In this document: piece after piece, positions 17,146-30,683 of the stretch
How the letters are laid out: every line of letters starts with the position of its first letter
Position numbering within the stretch: the first letter of the stretch is position 1
Origin: the human T2T-CHM13v2.0 reference genome, Homo sapiens
Reading direction: 5' to 3' (one strand)
NCBI RefSeq assembly: GCF_009914755.1
Contig: NC_060934.1
DNA: 64,000 bases
Program-made: the position numbers and the translations under genes
The notes under the pieces: model-generated
Told to the model about the DNA's origin: nothing
Databases searched by the model: none
What the model saw: the letters and a program-made list of their open reading frames with translations, nothing else

Positions 17146-17175
17146 CTGGGCAACATAGCAAGACCCTGTCTCTAC

Positions 17176-17208
<33 letters not shown>

Positions 17209-17370
17209 CCAAGCTAGGAGTAGTGGTGCATACCTTTAGTCCCAACTACTCAGGAGGCTGTGGCAGGAGGATCTCTTGAGTCCAGGCATTCAAGGCTGCA
17301 GTGAGCTATGATTGCACCACTGCACTGCAGCCTGGGCAACAGAAAGAGACTCTGTCTCTAATAAATAAAT
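17146..17370 (+). mobile_element. 5'-truncated AluJ with an expanded middle A tract
   Basis: Starts at ctgggcaacatagcaagacc; A run at 17185-17208. Confidence 0.9.
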
Positions 17371-17549
17371 AGAAACATGTAATGTGAAATTAAACCTACC
17401 ACTGAGGTAGGGAAGTTGGCTTTATGAAATGTCATTACTTTACATACAACACCATGGAGGCTCTCAGAAGTTAAGTAAATTTTCCAAGGTCACACAGCTA
17501 TTTAGTGGCAAACAGAATCAAATTGTCTCACTGTTGACCCTTAGCTGTG

Positions 17550-17735
17550 TGGATAGCTTACTACAACTATGATTCTCACCAAAAGAATCTGTTAAATATG
17601 TAGATGCTCGTACCTTACCCACAAGAAAATCTGATGCGAGGGGGCCCTGGTGGTGCTCAGGAATCTGCATTCTGTTGAGCTTCCTAGTAATTTTGACATG
17701 GGCTGGTCTAGTGATCCCACTCGGAGAAGAGCACA
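17550..17735. mobile_element. MER5-like hAT DNA transposon relic
   Basis: ctcaggaatctgcattctgttgagcttcctagtaattttga motif. Confidence 0.55.
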
Positions 17736-18475
17736 CCACCTAACAGGTGCTTAGCTGTTGGATGCTCCCATCAGCTTCTACTTCTTTAAGGAAATGAGAA
17801 ACTACAGCTCCCTTATCATGTTTTTAACTGTTTATTCCAAAAAATTTCAAACAGACAGGAAAAGACTACATCAATAATCATCCATATACTCAGTGCTTAG
17901 ATTTTAAAACTGCTAGCTTTTTGTCATATTTGTTGTGTCTGTATATCTCTGTATATTTTCCTTCTTAGCTGACCATTTTAAAGTGTATTACAGACACCAT
18001 GACATTTTAAAAACCATGTCTATAAAATAAAGACATTTTCCTACCATCCACAATAAATTATCAGACTTAACGAAACCAACAACAATTTTTGGACATCATA
18101 TATGTTCATATTCAAATTTCCCTAATTTCCCCCCTAAATGTCTTTCATAGATGGTTAAAAAAAACCCAGGAACTGTGCTCTATCAATTTTGATGTAACTT
18201 CTTGAGACAGATCTTGAAGATTTCCAGGGTGATGTGTGGTGGGAGTCCCCTAGGTTTTCGATACCCTGATGAGCACATGGATCACAGGTTGGTTTTCCCC
18301 TGGAGCCCAGGCCAGATGACCCTGCAACCTCTCCCTGGCCAGAAAGTCCCTCTTGCTGTCAGTGGTGAGGATCAGCGGGACCATGTCCTCATGGTCACCT
18401 GTCACTATGTCACCTGTCACTATGATGCCCTGGAAAGCTGAGAGCTTGGTAACCAGTAGGTGCTAGGGTTTGGCA

Positions 18476-18631
18476 GAACAAACATTCAAACTATAGCAAC
18501 AGGTATTTATTTCAGGGAGTTGTGTCATCTACCAAATGCTCAAGTTGCAAACTTTGGAAGCATCCTTGAGTGCCGATTCCTTTTTCCTCACATCCAAGTG
18601 ATTACTTAGACCTGCCCATTTTACTCCTTGA
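18476..18631 (+). repeat. 156-bp local direct copy of 20024-20179
   Basis: Manual alignment: 8 mismatches, no gaps. Confidence 0.95.
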
Positions 18632-19429
18632 CTCCCAGATTCATAACTGAAATCTATTCAGAATCATCACAGGAATACAACTGTGAGGCTGTAGAACCCT
18701 TTCCTATAGTTGTTGCTATCCTTGTTGATTAAGCAACAAATACAGGAAAGAGTTCTAGAAACTCATAGCCACCACAATCCTCTCATATGCCACCCTTGTG
18801 CTCTAAAACCTTCCATGGCTCCTCATTGCCTACAGAATCAAGCCTAAACTGCATCACATGGCATGCCAGACTCTGTTTATCTGTTCCAGGATCTGTCCCT
18901 CTATTTGGCTACTCTTCATTCATCAGGTGAGTGAAGGGAAGTATGGGAAGGAGAAGAGACAGACCTCCGGGCAGAGAACAGCATGTGTGAAGGTGTGAGG
19001 TAGCACAGAACAAGGCACTGGGGGTGTGACATGGATGGGAGCACATTCCTACCCTAGAGCACACAGTCTGGAAGCGGAGGCAGATGCATCTCAACTTTAA
19101 TAAACAGCGATTGGGTGTTCTGTGCTGTGGGGGTTCAGATGAGGAGTGGGGAGGCTCTAGGAGGGTGTCTTCAATGAAATGATAATGGAGTAGAGCATCA
19201 AGAGGTTAGGATTTTACAGGAAGGAAAAAGAGGATATTGTGTCTTAGCAGCGGGAGCACCAGGAGCCAAGGTGTGGAGCTGGGAAATTGTACAACAGATT
19301 GGGTAATGACCTGTCATCAGCTGTGACTGGAGCATAGAAAGCATGCATTAGGGATTGACAGGTTTTGATCTGTTCTTACTCCAGTTTCTCAGAAGTTTAT
19401 CTACTCTCAGGATGTCAGGCACTAGCCAT

Positions 19430-20650
19430 ATACTGATGACTCTCAAATCTCCACCTCCAATATACATCTCTCTCTTAAGCTTCAGACATGTGTATACAAC
19501 TGCTAAATGGTCATCTCCACTTGACTCCTACAGATACCAAGACGTCAACAGACCCAACCTCAGTTGTACCCATTAAACCAGTTTCTCCACAAGTGTCTTA
19601 GTCCATTTAGTATTGCTATAAAGGAATACCTGAGGCTGGTTAATTTATAAAGAAAAAAGGTTTATTTGGCTCATGGATCTGCAAGCTGCACAAGCATGAC
19701 ACCAACATCTTCCTGGCTTCTTGTGATGACCTCAAGCTGCTTCTACTCATGGCAGAAGCTAAAGGGGAGCTAGCATGTGCAGAGATCACATAGTGAGAGA
19801 GGAAGCAAGAGAGAAAAGGGAGATGCCAGGTTTTTATTTGTGTGTGTGTGTGTGTGTGTGTTTTTAACAACCTGCTCTTGTGGAAGCTAAGAGAGTGAGA
19901 ACTCACTCATTACTACTGGGAGGTCACCAAGCCATTCATGAGGAATCTGCCTCTGTGACCAAAACACCTCCCACCAGACTCCACCCCAACACTGGGAATC
20001 ACAGTTCAACATGAGGCTTAGGGGAACAAACATTCAAACTATAGCGACAGGTATTTATTTCAGGGAGTCATGTCATCTACCAAATGCTCAAGCTGCAAAC
20101 TTTGGAACCATCCTTGACTGCCCATTCCTTTTTCCTCACATCCAAGTGATTACTTAGACTTGCCCATTTTACTCCTTGAATAATTCTACGTTCCACCCTG
20201 TTTTCTCCACTCCCAGTGCCACTGCTCTAGTTCAAACCATGCTCATCCTCAACAATGCTCAGGCTATAATCAAGGCATCAGTCTCCCAGCTGGTCCTCCT
20301 GCCTCTAGTACTGATTCCTTCCATCCAATCTCCACACTGCAAATCAGAGTGGTCTTTCCAAACTACAAATTTGACCATGTCTTTTCCTGTATTCCCACAC
20401 ACATATGCCTCTTAAGTTGCTTCAACATGCTCCCAACTGCTCTCAGAATAATGTCCAAAACCTTAACATGGTTGCTCCCACCTGTCTCTCCAGGCTCATG
20501 GCTCTCACCTCCCCCTTTCCATCCCCAGGCCCTCTTCCTCTATCTCCCCTCTCATTCTCAGTTCTCGGAAGAAGCCCTGGAACACTCTTCAGTTCCCAAC
20601 TTGCTGCTCCAGGTCATTTTTTCCCCGTAGGAAACAATGTACCCCACACA
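19430..20650 (+). mobile_element. L2 relic, interrupted by an MST LTR
   Basis: tgatgactctcaaatctc..., ctggtcctcctgcctcta..., cccaactgctctcagaataatgtccaaa L2 signatures. Confidence 0.7.
19594..20046 (-). mobile_element. MSTB-like solo LTR with an internal (TG)n
   Basis: tgtcttagtccatttag...caaactatagcg; 5-bp TSD ACAAG/ACAGG. Confidence 0.88.
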
Positions 20651-21038
20651 CTCCCTAGGCACTGACAGAACCACACATATCAAGGAGCAACTTCAGATGG
20701 GGACCAACTTTCCCAGGCATTCCAGAGCATAAAGAAATTGTTGTTAGCCCAAAGAAGAAAAATGTAAAAATCAACCCAAACTTGAAGATAGTTATCTCTA
20801 AACATTTTCCATCAACACCAAAATGTAGCAGGAGCTCTGGGAGAGCTTGGGGCATCTTTTCACATGGCACAAATGGGTAGTGTCCTCTTTGCTGGCAACA
20901 TGATATGACACTATTCATTCTGCATGGTCAGCACTGAACAATCACAGGCTCCCTAGCTAATGGTCCAAGTGCCCAGAAATCAAAGTATAGGATATTGATT
21001 TATTTTTATGCACCTATTTGGAGTAGGATAATGTATAC

Positions 21039-21769
21039 TGTAAATGGAAAATAAATCTCAGGACCCCAAAATCTCTAAGTCACAGGGAAAAGTCAAGCTG
21101 GGAACTGTGTCAGGCAAAGTTTCCTCCTATTTTATTCCTAAATAAGATAGCAACAAAGATAAAAAATAAAAATAAAAAATTAATAAAAGCTACGTACCTC
21201 CCTCAAAATTTGCCCACAGAGAGATTCCTTGTGGGCCTCAAGATCTTTACCCTAAAACAGTTCTGTTGAATTTCACCTTGGCGATGTAAATTGATAGCTT
21301 TTCTTCACAGGTGCAGGACAAAGGACAGAACTCAAAGTCATCCTTCTGGTCACAAATGCCTATCTGATTTCTTCCTCTGCCCTACTGTTTATGTAAAAAT
21401 GCAGCTTCACTGAGCAGGACTAAGGCATACGTGACTATTCCTCTACCTCCCCTCACATGTAAATTGTATATTCAGGGAAAGGCCGATCAAAGACTCAAAA
21501 GAATGCAATCTTTTGTCTCTCATCCACCTATGACTGGAAGACCCTGCTTTGAGTTGTCCCGCCTTTCCGTGCTGAACCAATGTACATCTTACACATACTG
21601 ATTGATGTCTCATGTATCTCTAACATGTATAAAACCAAGCTGTGCCCTGACCACCTTGGGCACATGTCATCAGGACCTCCTGAGGCTATGTGACTGGTGT
21701 GTCCTTAGCTTTGGCAAAATAAGCTTTCTAAATTGATTGAGACTAGTCTCAGATACTTCTGGGTTCACA
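21039..21769 (+). mobile_element. MER4A-type solo LTR (ERV1)
   Basis: tgtaaatggaaaataaatctcaggacccc...gggaaaagtcaagctgggaac...gggttcaca; TSD ATAC/ATTC. Confidence 0.88.
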
Positions 21770-22837
21770 ATTCACATCTATATTTTGTCTGATTTCTTAA
21801 GCACTGCCACACTGGGGGATGCCAAAGAGCTATACAATCATTTCTTACATTCTTACTGGCCTTGACTTCAGACACTGATTTTTTTTTCAGACTTTTCCCA
21901 GAAGGATTGAGAGTCATATGGTTCAACTCTATTATCATTTTCTGAAAACAATCCATGTCCCATTCTTGGAGAAAACCATTTCGTTGGTCCCCTTTACAAC
22001 TCTCCTTCCACTCTTCAGATAATAGTGCATCCTCAAGTTCAAAATTCTTGGGTTTTAATTTGTGGGGCATATGGGAAACAAAGAAGGGAAGTTAGTGGCA
22101 TTTGGCTCTATCTGGCCTCCATCATCTTCCGGCAGACTTCAGAACAAAGATCATGAGGGAGTGGGATAACTGGTGTCTCTGTTCCCAAATGCTACCTCCA
22201 GTACTGGACTGCTACTTTTAAATCTTGGCTGTCTCAAAGCATCCCATATGACAATGACTGTGGACAAACCTTGGCGGCATGATTTATCATCTCACTAACC
22301 CCCCATAGACCCTCAGGAAAGTCTAGTCTAATAATTACGCAGCCACCTGTAACATGAAACTGAACTGATGTTCTCTCTTGCCCTGGTATTGATGAGTAGG
22401 ACCCAAGCTTAAGACAAAGGAATTAAGTACTCAATCTTCTAAAGAGAGCTATGAGCTTTATACCTGCCCCACAGAGGCCCTCTTTGCCAATCTGAGCAAT
22501 GGGAGATGTCAGGGACATCATCAGACTTGAGTACAGGATCACTTGCAGAGTCACTATCCTCTACCACTGAGCTCCAGTCACTTCTGTCTTTGTTGCTCCC
22601 TCCTGTCTGTTCCCTGCCAGTTTTAGTAGAAGGACCAAGCTAATGGCTTGGAATGAATCTGCTCTGGTGGGAGCCAGGCTTGAGTCACATTCAGGATCCT
22701 TTCGTATCTCTTAATCTTCTCTTAGTGGGCTTCAACTTCTAGGATTATCTTCCTCATCAGAATTTCTCTGCATGCACTGCAATCCACCATGATAGCAGAT
22801 TAAAATGAATGTCTCATTTGTCAGAGAAATTAGTTCC

Positions 22838-25008
22838 TGTATTAGTCTGTTTTCATGCTGCTGATAAAGACATACCTGAGACTAGGCAATTTACAAAAGA
22901 AAGAGATTTAATCAACTTACAGTTACACGTGGCTGAGGAGGCCTCACAATCATGGTGGAAGGTGAAAGGCATGTCTCACATGGTGGCAGACAAGAGAAGA
23001 GAGCTTCTGCAGAGAAACTCCCCTTTTCAAAACCATCAGATCTCATGAGACTTATTCACTATCATGAGAACAGCATGGGAAAGACTTGCCCCTATGATTC
23101 CATTACCTCCCACTGGGTCCCTCCCACAACACATGAGAATTCAAGATGAGATTTGGGTGGGGACAAAGCCAAACCATATCATTCCACCCCTGGTCCCTCC
23201 CAAATCTCATGTCCTCACATTTCAAAACCAATCATACCTTCCCAACAGTCCCCCAGAGTCTTAACTTATTTTAGCATTAACTCAAAAGTCCACAGCCCAA
23301 AGTATCATCCAAGACAAGGCAAGTCCCTTCCACCTATGAACCTGTAAAGCCAAAAGCAAGTTAGTTACTTCCCAGATACAATGGGGATACAGGCATTGGG
23401 TAAATACAGCCATTCCAAATGTGAGAAATTGGCCAAAAAAAAGGGGCTACAGGCCCCATGCAAGTCTGAAATCCTGCAGGACAAATTTTAAAGGTCTAAA
23501 ATCACCTCCTTTGACTCCACGTCTCACATCCAGGTCATGCTGATATAAGAGGTGGGTCCATGGTCTTGGGCAGCTCTGCCCCTGTGGTTTTACAGGGTAC
23601 AGCCTCCCTCCTGGCTACTTTCACAGGCTGGCATTGAGTGTCTGCACCTTTTCCAGGTGCATGGTGCATGCTGTCAGTGGATCTACCATTCTGGGGTCTG
23701 GAGGATGGCGGGCCTTTTCTCACAGCTCCACTAGGCAATGCCCCAGTAGGGACTCTGTGTAGGGGCTCTAACCCCACATTTCTCTTCTGCACTGCCCTAG
23801 CAGAGGTTCTCCATGAGAGCCCTGCCCCTGCAACAAACTTTTGCCTGGACATCCAAGCATTTCCATAAATCCTCTGAAATCAAGGTGGAGGCTTCCAAAC
23901 CTCAATTCTTGACTTCTGTGCACTCTCTGGCTCAACACCACATGGAAGCTGCCAAGGCTAGAGGCTTGCACCCTCTGAAGCCATGGCCAGAGCTCCACAT
24001 TGGCCCCTTTTAGCCACAGCTGGAGTGGCTGGGACACAGGGCACTAAGTCACTAGGCTGCACACAGTATGGGGACCCTGGGCCTGGCCCACGAAACCACT
24101 TTTTCCTCCTGGGCCTCTGGACCTGTGATGGGAGGGACTGCCCTGAAGACCTCTGACATGCCTTGGAGACATTTTCCCCATTGCCTTGGGGATTAACATT
24201 CAGTTTCTTGTTACTTATGCAAATTTCTGCAGCTGGCTTCAATTTCCCCTCAGAAATTGGGATTTTCTTTTCTGTTGCACTGTCAGGCTGCAAATTTTCT
24301 AAACTTTTATGCTCTGCTTCCCTTATAAAACTGAATGCCTTTAACAGCACCCAAGTCACCTCTTGAGTGCTTTGCTGCTTAGAAGCTTGGTCTGCCAGAT
24401 ACCCTAAATCATCTCTCTCAAGTTCAAAGTTCCACAAATCCCTAGGGCGGGGCAAAATGCCACCAATCTCTTTGCTAAAACATAACAAGAGTCACCTTTG
24501 CTCCAGTTCCCAACAAGCTCCTCATTTCCATCTGAGACCACCTGAGCCTGGACTTTATTGTCCATATCGCTATCAGCATTTTGGGCAAAGTCATTCAACA
24601 AGTCTCTAGGCAGTTTCAAACTTTCCCACATTTTCCTGTCTTCTTCTGAGCCCTCCAAACTGTTCCAACCTGTTAGTTTTCATGCTGCTGATAAAGACAT
24701 ACCTGAGATGGGGCAATTTACAAATGAAGGAAGTTTAATTGACTTACAGTTCCACATGGCTGGGGAAGCTTCACAATCATGGTGGAAAGTCAAAGGCACA
24801 TCCCACATAGTGGCAGACAAGAGAAGAGAACTTGTGCAGAGAAACTCCTCTTTTGAAAACCATCAAATCTTGTGAGACTTATTCACTATCATGAGAACAG
24901 CACAGGAAAGATTTGCTCCTGTGATTCAATTACCTCCCAGGGGGTCCCTCCCACAACACATGAGAATTCAAGATGAGATTTGGGTGGGGACACAGTCAAA
25001 GCATATCA
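22838..25008 (-). mobile_element. THE1 (THE1A/B) provirus: 3' LTR 22838-23181, internal region 23182-24675, 5' LTR 24676-25008
   Basis: Two homologous LTRs, THE1-int sequence, PPT (rc ttccacccctggtccctccc) and TSD GTTCC/ATTCC. Confidence 0.95.
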
Positions 25009-26221
25009 ATTCCCTTACCTCAGCAGCAGTTTTCAGGGAGCCTAAAGAAGACCCCACTCCCCAAAAGCCTTACAACCACAGGATTTTTAATTATTGGGAT
25101 ATTTTTTCACCTATAGGAGCCCTCAAGACCTTGGCTGAAACCACTGCAATAACTGTTTCTGAGCAATGTTTCTCTTTCTGAGGGAGGTGAAAGACTGTTT
25201 CCTTTTCCTACCCTAACTTATGTAACTTTGGTACCTAGAGAAAGTTGAAAGATTGGGTGTTGTGCTGAATATTCCCCATCAGTTCCTCAAGATCCATTCT
25301 GGATGACACGGGAGACTGACTCTTTCAGACAGTAGCAACAGTCCCTTGTCCTGTTGCTTCTGGTTAGATTCAACCACTGGGACTCACTGACAGGCAACTG
25401 AAAGGTAGAAAAAGGGTGAGGCTAGGGGTATTCGTTTGCCCTAAAGAGCTGAGGATTTGCCCTGTAGAGCTGAAGATTGGCAGTAACAGCATTCCCCTTC
25501 CCAAGGCCAGAGGTTCTCTTCTCTGGCCCTCTTCCTACAGCTATAGCTCTCTCTTCAGGCTCTGGTAACCACTCAGACCTACATAAGAAAGCAACCCAGC
25601 TCTTTCCAGCCCAAGGGTGCTATGCCATACCCTACTGATTTCCCTTAAGTCTGCTCACAACTAGGAAATATCTGTTTGTTAAACCCTCTTTAATTACGCT
25701 AATTCAATGTGCCATTCCTTTCCCACTGCAACCATGACTGACAAAGTAACTGGGACCAGGAATAGCCCCAGAAGAAAATAACCCTCAAATGAAATTCTAG
25801 GATGGGATTGCTTACATACCAGAGGGACATAGAATGCAGATAATTTATAAAATATAGTTGCACTATAGTTACTCAAATTATCACCAGTAGTGGCATTGGA
25901 AAAATGTAGATGGACAGCAAGATGTTGGCAGAACAAGTGGCTTAGCTATGCTGGTAATGGATAATACTGATCTACGGTGTGGAATGGCTTTTCTGACAGC
26001 CCTAGAGACCATACGCAAACACACTGAAGCTCGTGCATGCCTAACTCAGAACATGGGTGGACAGCTCGATGGTAGATTTACAGAAATTTCTTATCTCCTG
26101 TAGGACAGATATGACTAAGTTTCAAGCCCAGGGACTGATTATAAAGGTGACAGACATGCAGCACCAATTAAATTTTCAACACCACCAGATTTCTTATGCT
26201 TTCCTCTGGTTGAGAATGGTA

Positions 26222-26797
26222 AGTTGATTGAAAGAGTCAAACTCTGTAAAATATTTTAAGAAATTTATTTTGAGCCAAGTATGAGTGACCAATGGCTATG
26301 ACACAGCCCTCAGGGGATCCTGGGGACATGTGCCCAACCAAGATGGTAGAGCTACAGCTTTGTTTTATACATTTTAGGAAGACATAAGACATCAATCAAC
26401 ACATGTAAGATGTACATTGGTTCAGTCTGAAAAAGCAGGATAACTCAAAGCGAGGGCTTCCAGGTCATAGGTAGATTCAAAGATTTTCTGACTGGCAATT
26501 TGTTGAAAGAGTTAGGCCATTGTTTAAAGACCTAGAATCAATAGAAGAGAATGTTTTTGTTTTTGTTTTTTATCAGACTTAAAGTCTATTCTGTCTGTCT
26601 TAAGGTATCTATTTTAATATTAATGCTGGTCAGCTGTGCCTGAATTCCAAAGGGAGAGGGTATAATCAGGCATGCCTGACCCCCACTTTGTATCATGGCC
26701 TGAATTAGTTTTTCAAGTTAACTTTGGAATGCCCTTGGTCTAGACGAGGGGTCCATTTAGATGGTCAGGAGGTCTGAAATTTTATTTTTGGTTTACA
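26222..26797 (-). mobile_element. MER4B-like solo LTR
   Basis: Ends with the rc of TGTAAACCAAAAATAAAATT; MER4 body motifs. Confidence 0.85.
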
Positions 26798-29050
26798 GCT
26801 AGGACGCTGATTCCCAGATCAAGACATTTAAGCAGACACAGATGTGACTCCTAAGTAACCACAGGACCCACTTCCACACCCCTCATTGCCTCCAGACCCA
26901 TAGTGAGAGCTACATCCCAGTATATCCCAGATGGAGAAGGACAAAGCTGAGTCTGTACATCAGAAGAGTTGCAGGAAAATTGGCAGGAGTGTGCAGAGCA
27001 TGTATGGAAGGGGGTCCTAAGGGTATTACATGGAGAAGGATGAAATGCAAAACTTGATCAAGGAGAATGTAATGATATGGGTGGATTCGCTCAAGACTCA
27101 AGATTTACTGTGCTGGCTTGAGCACCTGGAAGTGGCCTTCATAGCTATGTTGGCTAGCAGAAGTCTCATTCAACAGTGGCTGGCAGTTAATGAGGACTTT
27201 TCTAGCATTCTGAAGAAAAGGAAACTGAAGGCTTAGGAAGTTGGGAATGTTGGAGAGGATCTATTCTGTGCAGCATTCTTAACTACGCCTTAACCACACT
27301 CCCCAGGAGGGCCAGAGGACACTCCCTTCAAAGGCCATAAGAATTCCATTAGTGAAATGTTCACAGGCATCCTGGAAAAGCACTTCTTGGCTGTTTTCTG
27401 TAAGCAGGAAATGACACTGGGAGAGGCTGCAATGGAATTAGGTTTCTTGATTATAATGGGAAAAAAAATGGAATCCCAGAGTAGTAGAGGCCAGATGTCT
27501 CATAGGCACATGGGACACAATTACCCTAATGAGCTGCAGAACTGATGTGGTAATTGGAGCATTTTATCCTATAGGGATCTGGGGCACTGGCTAACTAATC
27601 ATGGGGTCCCTAGGATTGCAATACATATGTAGACCATTAGGGTGCTGCTTGACGTATGTTAGCAGAAAAATTCTGAGTCTGGTGGGCAGAATCATAGTGG
27701 GAATTTACCCAGTGTTCAGACCCCAAAACCCAGAGACCCAGAATCTCTTGACTTTGGGAGAGAGAGGAACAGTGTCTTTGGACAAGTGCCCTGCAATGTG
27801 GCCGTAGGTATATACTGTGAATCTTTCTCCAATCCTCCAGAGAGACTGGAGGTCATTCAGCAGAGTGAGAAGGGGAAATATCTAGACCTTCCAGGGACTA
27901 TTATACGCTATTTCTGAACTCATGCTAACCACCAGAGTCTCAAATTGCCACTGTAGTCCACAAGTCACAGTGAGCTCATGGAGACCAGGTGATAAATGGA
28001 ATAGTGGCCCAAGTCTGTCTTACAATGGGTCCAATAGGACTGAGGATGTACACTGCAGCTACGTTTCTAGGCCCAGAATGTGTGATAGTAATAGATATAT
28101 TAAGCACAATTTTATCTGGAATGGTAGGAGGGGCCACGTAGGAGCTGCTCACTTCCAAGTGGAACTGTCCCCTCCCACACTGCAAAGACAGTAAATCCAA
28201 AGAAATATCATAACCATGGTGGAATTACAAAGATTAGTGCAGTCATCAAATGCTTAAAAGATGCAGGAGTGGTGATTCTTACCACATTAATATTTAACTC
28301 ATATGTTTGGCTGGCACAAAAGCCAGCTAGATCATAGAGAATTACTGTAGATTATAGAAAATTTAGTCACATTGGTGATGCCAATTGTAATTGCAGTTTC
28401 AAATGAGTATTTTTACTACAGCAAATCAAAAATGCCCCTGGCACCTGGGACACAGCTATAGTCCTAGAAAATGATTTTTTTCCAATTCCACCAGTGAAGC
28501 TGGTTGTCTTCACATGGCAAGGACAAGAGTACACATTCACCCTAGGCTTTATATCAGGGCTGTATCAATGATCTGCTTTCTATTGTGATATAGTCCACAA
28601 GAACTTGAAATCTTGATCTCTTACAGAACATCACTATTTCACTGGTGACATTGTGTTAATTGGACCTGGTGAACAAGAAGTGGCGTATTTTAGATGGCCT
28701 AGTAAGATACATGCATGCAGGAGATGGGAGATAAATCCCATTAAAGTGTAGGGGTTTCCATATTGTGAAGTTACTAGGGATTCTGGAGCCTGGCAGATGT
28801 TAAGAGTGAGTGACGAATTGTTACATCTTATTCTTCCTACCACAAAAAAAAAGATACAACATTTGGTAGACCTGTGGGTTTTAGAGATAACATATGCCAT
28901 TCTTGGGTATGCATCTCTGAGCATTTAAGCTGCCAGTTATGAGGGACATGAGACCAAAATATTCTCTGGTTATGGTGCAAGCTTCTCTGCCTCTTGATGT
29001 CTATGAATAAGCAGACCCAGTGGTAGAGGAAGCATTTTTATGCAGCCTAT

Positions 29051-29436
29051 TGATATGGTTTGGCTGTGTGTCCCCACCCAAATCTCATGTCAATTTATAA
29101 TTCTCAGTGTTGTGGGAGGGACCTGCTGGGAGGTGATTAGATCATAGGGATGGATTTTCCCCTTGCTGTTCTCATGATAGTGAGTGAGCTTTCATGATAT
29201 CTGGTTGATTTAAAGTATGTAGCACTTTTCCCTGGGCTCTTTCTCTTGCCTGCCACCATGTGAAGAAGGTGCTTTCTTCCCCTTCACCCTTCTGCCATGA
29301 TTGTAAGTTTCCTGAGGCTTCCCCAACCATGCTTCTTATACAGCTCGTAGAACTGTGAGTCAATTAAACCTCTTTTCCTCATAAATTACCCAGTCTCAGA
29401 TATGTCTCTACAGCAGTGTAAGAACTGACTAATACA
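29051..29436 (+). mobile_element. MSTA solo LTR
   Basis: tgatatggtttggctg...gactaataca; perfect TSD CCTAT. Confidence 0.92.
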
Positions 29437-29686
29437 CCTATATAAAATATAATCAGTATCCCCTGGAGGACTCTAGCAAAATAAACATGCAGATCCCAAG
29501 GCTATGGGTGTAAGGCCTCTTTTGCTGATATTTGCAAAGCAGCTTCTTGCTTGCCACTAGGCTCTGGCAGACAGTGAATTCCTCCCTGGTCACAGGACAG
29601 CAAGCGACTATGTGACCAGGGCCACCCATCATGACCTGAGTATTATCTCACCTACAAAATCAGCCCCAAATAAATTGCATAAGCAG

Positions 29687-30086
29687 TATGCTGACTAATT
29701 TTATATGTCAACTTGACTGGGCCACAGTGCCTAGATATTTAGTCAAATATTATTCCAGATGTTTATGTGAGGGTGTTTTTGGATGAGAATTAAGTTTGAA
29801 TCCATTGATTTAGTAAAGCAGATTGCCCTCTATAATGTGGGTGGGCCTCATCCAAGCAGTTGAAGGCCTGAATAGAACAAAAGGCTGACCTTTCCCAAGC
29901 AAGTGGGGATTCACCAGCAGACTGTCTTTGGACTCAAACTGCAACCTTTTCCTGAGTCCGCTGACCTACCACCATCACATTTTGGACTCACCAAGCCTTC
30001 ACAATTGAGTGAGCCAATTCCTTACAATAGATCCTTCTGTATATATGCATGTCCTGTTGCTTTCATTTCTTGGAAAACCTAATTCA
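29687..30086 (+). mobile_element. MLT2 (B/C) solo LTR (ERV-L)
   Basis: taattttatatgtcaacttgactggg...gcagattgccctc; perfect TSD AGCAG. Confidence 0.9.
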
Positions 30087-30683
30087 AGCAGATAGCTCAG
30101 ACTCTTGGAACCTGCCCCTATTACCTACTTGCCTCTCTCACAACTTATATTTTCGGCTTTGTAGGAATCCCCTATGACTAATTAATGAAGAGAAACCCCA
30201 GGCCCAGTTTAAAGACACACAGCATCAGCCAGGAGCAGATGGCCAGTGTCACTGTATTCCTATTCAGCTGTGGCTGTGAAAGCGAGTAGTGAAGGAAAAT
30301 CATCCCAGTAGGCAGCATTCTGGGAAGGATATCAGATTATTCACTTCAAATGGAATGAGAAATGGTCTGGAGTACAGATTTACACAGAATCATGAGCAGA
30401 CGCTAATGGGATGGCCAACTGGTCAAGGACTGAAGAACAAGACTGGAATATTGGTGACAAGGAGTTCTGGGGAAGGGTGTCTGGGTAGACTTCACTATCT
30501 AGACACAGATTGTGAAGACATTTGTGTCCTACATGAGTGCCTACCAGAGGGCATCCCTGGACTTAATCATTGAGACCATGTACGAGGTGGCTTGTTCCAC
30601 CTCTTCTCTGGGATGAAGACTGTGATTGTCTTAACAATGTGCAGCCAATAACAGAAGTCAGTGCTGAGTTCCCCATATGGCAT

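Noticed and set aside
18394-18423. 15-bp tandem duplication GTCACCTGTCACTAT x2 (also TCAAGGAGC x2 at ~8236)
   Set aside because: These are ordinary slippage micro-duplications.
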